The translations under genes were made by a program, and so were the position numbers. This document shows positions 58,065-60,348 of a stretch of 60,348 nucleotides of DNA, one piece after another (positions within the stretch are counted from its first letter, which is position 1; each line of letters begins with the position of its first letter). Under the pieces are notes generated by a model. That model ran no database searches and had not been told where the DNA came from. It saw only the letters and a program-made list of their open reading frames with translations. The stretch comes from a virus (Duplodnaviria; Caudoviricetes): the IMG/VR virus record IMGVR_UViG_3300030606_000007, positions 1-60,348 of that record; one strand, written 5' to 3'.

Positions 58065-58903
58065 TGCTGCGTAACTACACGCTTCGACTCCGTGGGCCGG
58101 TCGATGGGGTGTACTCGCTCCAGGCGAGCGCGGGGGTGTTCGCTTGGACTGGTACGGATGCCACGCTGAGCGAGGGCGGCGGGGGTGGCGAGGTCCAGCC
58201 CATCTTCTCCGACGGCTTCGAGACAGGCGACTACAGCCATGCGGAGAACGGCTATGACTGGAACGCCGCGTCGGGCACGCCCGATCAGGCTGGTAGCATG
58301 TCGGACGGCGCGTCTCCACACGAAGGCAGTTGGGCTGGCCGGTTCCGGCAGACCGGATCGTCCGAGAACCGACTCCTGGAAGTCGGCGGACCGTCCCTGA
58401 ACGAGTACTGGTGGGAATACTACATCAGGGTCCCGACGAACTACGACCACGTAGACAGCCCCTCGTCCGACAACAACAAGTGGGCCGAGTTCTTTCTTGG
58501 TGCGAATCGTGGCGCAACGCTCGTGTGGTCGGAAACGGAGCGTAACGCTGCGCAAGACGGTGGATCCAGGTGGCGCATCAATTGGGGCGCGGACGAGAAC
58601 TTCAGCCACACGACCGCGACCGATAACGGCATCGTGCTGCCTGACGACCTCGGCGTGTACATGCGGGTCCGCTACCACATCCGCATCCAGGATCAGGGTG
58701 GAGGCACCGCCAACGCCTACATCCAAATCTGGAAGAACAACACCAAGATTTTCGACGACACGTCCGACACTTGGCCGTGGCAGGGCGAGAGCATGGTCCA
58801 CAATCGCTGGCAGGTCATGGGCTTCAACAACGGCGAGTTCGCCGAGACGATCACCTGGTACGTGGACTCGGTGAAGCTCTACGACACCGATCCGGGGTGG
58901 TGA
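58064..58903 (+). CDS. Tagged cargo 1: shared N-terminal leader plus ConA-fold polysaccharide-lyase-like domain
   Basis: MLRNYTLRLRGPVD leader, one fibre repeat, GGGG linker, IFSDGFETGD, WEYYIRVP.NY, NNKW, IQIWKN, WYVDSVKL. Confidence 0.65.
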   Translation: MLRNYTLRLRGPVDGVYSLQASAGVFAWTGTDATLSEGGGGGEVQPIFSDGFETGDYSHAENGYDWNAASGTPDQAGSMSDGASPHEGSWAGRFRQTGSSENRLLEVGGPSLNEYWWEYYIRVPTNYDHVDSPSSDNNKWAEFFLGANRGATLVWSETERNAAQDGGSRWRINWGADENFSHTTATDNGIVLPDDLGVYMRVRYHIRIQDQGGGTANAYIQIWKNNTKIFDDTSDTWPWQGESMVHNRWQVMGFNNGEFAETITWYVDSVKLYDTDPGW

Positions 58904-58906
58904 GCT

Positions 58907-60034
58907 ATGCTCCGTAACTACACGCTCCGCATCCGCGGACCCGCTGACGGGGTGTTTTCGCTCACGGCCGAGGGTGGCACGCTCACCGTCGCCGGATCGG
59001 CCGCCACGCTGAGTGTGGCCGTCAACTTCACCGCCGGGCTGGCTACGCTCGTTTCTGACTTCGGCTGGACGATGATCACGAAGGACGAGCCGATGACGCT
59101 CGCTCACCTGACGAGCATGGTGAGTGGCTACGTGCGAGAGGAGGCGCCCGGCGACGCGTGGGCGTACAACGACAACGCCATCGCGCTCCTGGCCGATACC
59201 ATCAAGTTGGTCTACGGCGGTGACGGCTCGGACTCCGACACGTCGCTTCGCGACGCGTTTATCTCGCGGATCCGGACGCCGCTAGGCTTTGAGGATGGCG
59301 GGGGGTTCAGCCAAGACGTCACCAACTTCGAGCGGCTACGCATCTCCTGCCGGGACTTCGCACGCATCGGGTGGTGGTGGGCCAACCGTGGAGATTGGAA
59401 CGGCTCACAACTCATTGATGATGCGTGGTTTGACATCTTTACTGAGGTACAAGTGGCGGGCGCGCTGCCTCGTACGACCGACACAGATCCGAACGGAGAC
59501 TATTTGGGCGTCGGGACGTACGGCGGCGGGTCCGATCAGACGGCCTTCGGACCGGGTGTCTACGGGTGCGGTCTGTGGCTCAATGGCTTCGTGGCCGGTG
59601 GCGAGACGAGGCTGCTGCCGGACGCGCCCTCCGACGCGTACATGGCCGACGGCCACTTCGGGGTGGAGGTCATGGTCATCATTCCGTCGCTGTCCATAGT
59701 GGCTGCGGTCGATGGCTCCGTGGGAAACGAGTTCAACGCCACCTACAACACCAACGTCAAGCGGCTCGTGGACGCCGTGACGGGAGCGGGCAGCGTGAGT
59801 GCCACGTTTCCGGGCGTGTCGTGGGATACCGCGACGGACGCCGAGGCCGGTCTGGACACGACGGAGCTCGACGGCTTCGTCACGGCCGTGGGTGGCGACG
59901 GGGTGATCACCCGGCACGGGCACATGGTGCGCTCGTGGGGGAATTTCGACGGCGCGGCGAAGGATTGGGCCTCGGCCGGTAAGCCCGTGCTCGCGACGAT
60001 GGTCGCGTTCGCGATCGACGAGGGGTTGATTTAA
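58907..60034 (+). CDS. Tagged cargo 2: shared leader plus circularly permuted beta-lactamase-fold serine hydrolase
   Basis: TLAHLTSMVSG, PG..WAYND, S.RDFARIG, G.WNG.QLI, IIPSL.IV, with the SxxK (SAGK) segment at the C-terminus. Confidence 0.82.
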   Translation: MLRNYTLRIRGPADGVFSLTAEGGTLTVAGSAATLSVAVNFTAGLATLVSDFGWTMITKDEPMTLAHLTSMVSGYVREEAPGDAWAYNDNAIALLADTIKLVYGGDGSDSDTSLRDAFISRIRTPLGFEDGGGFSQDVTNFERLRISCRDFARIGWWWANRGDWNGSQLIDDAWFDIFTEVQVAGALPRTTDTDPNGDYLGVGTYGGGSDQTAFGPGVYGCGLWLNGFVAGGETRLLPDAPSDAYMADGHFGVEVMVIIPSLSIVAAVDGSVGNEFNATYNTNVKRLVDAVTGAGSVSATFPGVSWDTATDAEAGLDTTELDGFVTAVGGDGVITRHGHMVRSWGNFDGAAKDWASAGKPVLATMVAFAIDEGLI

Positions 60035-60047
60035 ATGGGAGGGATAG

Positions 60048-60348
60048 ATGCCTGACATTACGCTCGAACAGGGCACGCAGCTACGGTTCTGCGTGACCGC
60101 CTCGTTCTCTCCGGCCGACGCCGGGACCAACTTCACCGAAGGCTCGCCCACCGACGTGGTGCTGACGCAAGCAAGCCTCGCGAATGCCGCGGGAAGGCAG
60201 AGCACGAAAGCCGACCTCGGAGCCAACCGGGCCGCACGCTACGCGGTACACGCGGCCGTGGATTTCACCGACGAGACGCCGACGGCCGGCAACCGTGTCG
60301 ACTACTATTGGGCTCCGAGTCCGGTAGCGACCGCAGGCTCGGGCAACG
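60048..60348 (+). CDS. Fibre-module protein, 5' part (continues to 521)
   Basis: GGAGGG RBS, ATG at 60048, open to the window end. Confidence 0.75.
   Translation, partial: MPDITLEQGTQLRFCVTASFSPADAGTNFTEGSPTDVVLTQASLANAAGRQSTKADLGANRAARYAVHAAVDFTDETPTAGNRVDYYWAPSPVATAGSGN
60100..60348 (+). repeat. Terminal direct repeat, copy 2
   Basis: Matches 1-249. Confidence 0.95.

Larger units (their letters stand above)
1..60348. mobile_element. Complete circularly assembled temperate tailed phage genome (siphovirus-like, ~60,099 bp unit length)
   Basis: Terminal overlap; terminase, portal, capsid, tail tube, tape measure, lysis, integrase and DnaB in canonical order; no tail sheath recognised. Confidence 0.95.

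Noticed and set aside
58907-60034. Antibiotic-resistance beta-lactamase
   Set aside because: Only the fold motifs are shared; there is no signal peptide and it carries a virion-type leader

Overview
The window is an essentially complete, GC-rich temperate siphovirus-type phage genome of about 60,099 bp. It assembles as a circle: bases 1-249 recur at 60100-60348, with 10 synonymous differences in the first 122 bp. Gene order is: fibre module (56.0 kb, wrapping to 2.5 kb); sulfotransferase moron; divergent HTH immunity switch; early/middle region (ParB-like proteins, many small ORFs, an odd tRNA locus, SSB-like, RusA-like, tyrosine integrase, two DNA methyltransferases, replication initiator with iterons, DnaB); terminase, portal and minor head protein; an ~8 kb glycan-biosynthesis cluster inside the head module; scaffold, capsid, neck and tail genes with a -1 frameshifted chaperone; a reverse-strand moron; and a lysis region. 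The host is probably diderm (lipoprotein, Kdo-pathway gene); Gemmatimonadota is a tentative guess. The most notable unexplained signals are: (1) a ~500-nt promoter-driven, heavily base-paired RNA with a 19-bp 5' pseudoknot ahead of a HExxH lipoprotein; (2) a fibre system in which a 22-aa repeat and an R-x-x-G-P-x-D tag are shared between a repeat fibre and two enzyme cargos, one a circularly permuted serine hydrolase; (3) a CPPxC-terminated peptide plus multipass membrane protein in the lysis region; (4) a tRNA-Arg(UCU) with a hairpin inserted in the D-loop and a tRNA-like neighbour, both inside an ORF in a repeat-flanked cassette; (5) the glycan cluster; and (6) a large terminase with deviant catalytic motifs. 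All family assignments come from motif recognition by eye; no searches were run.
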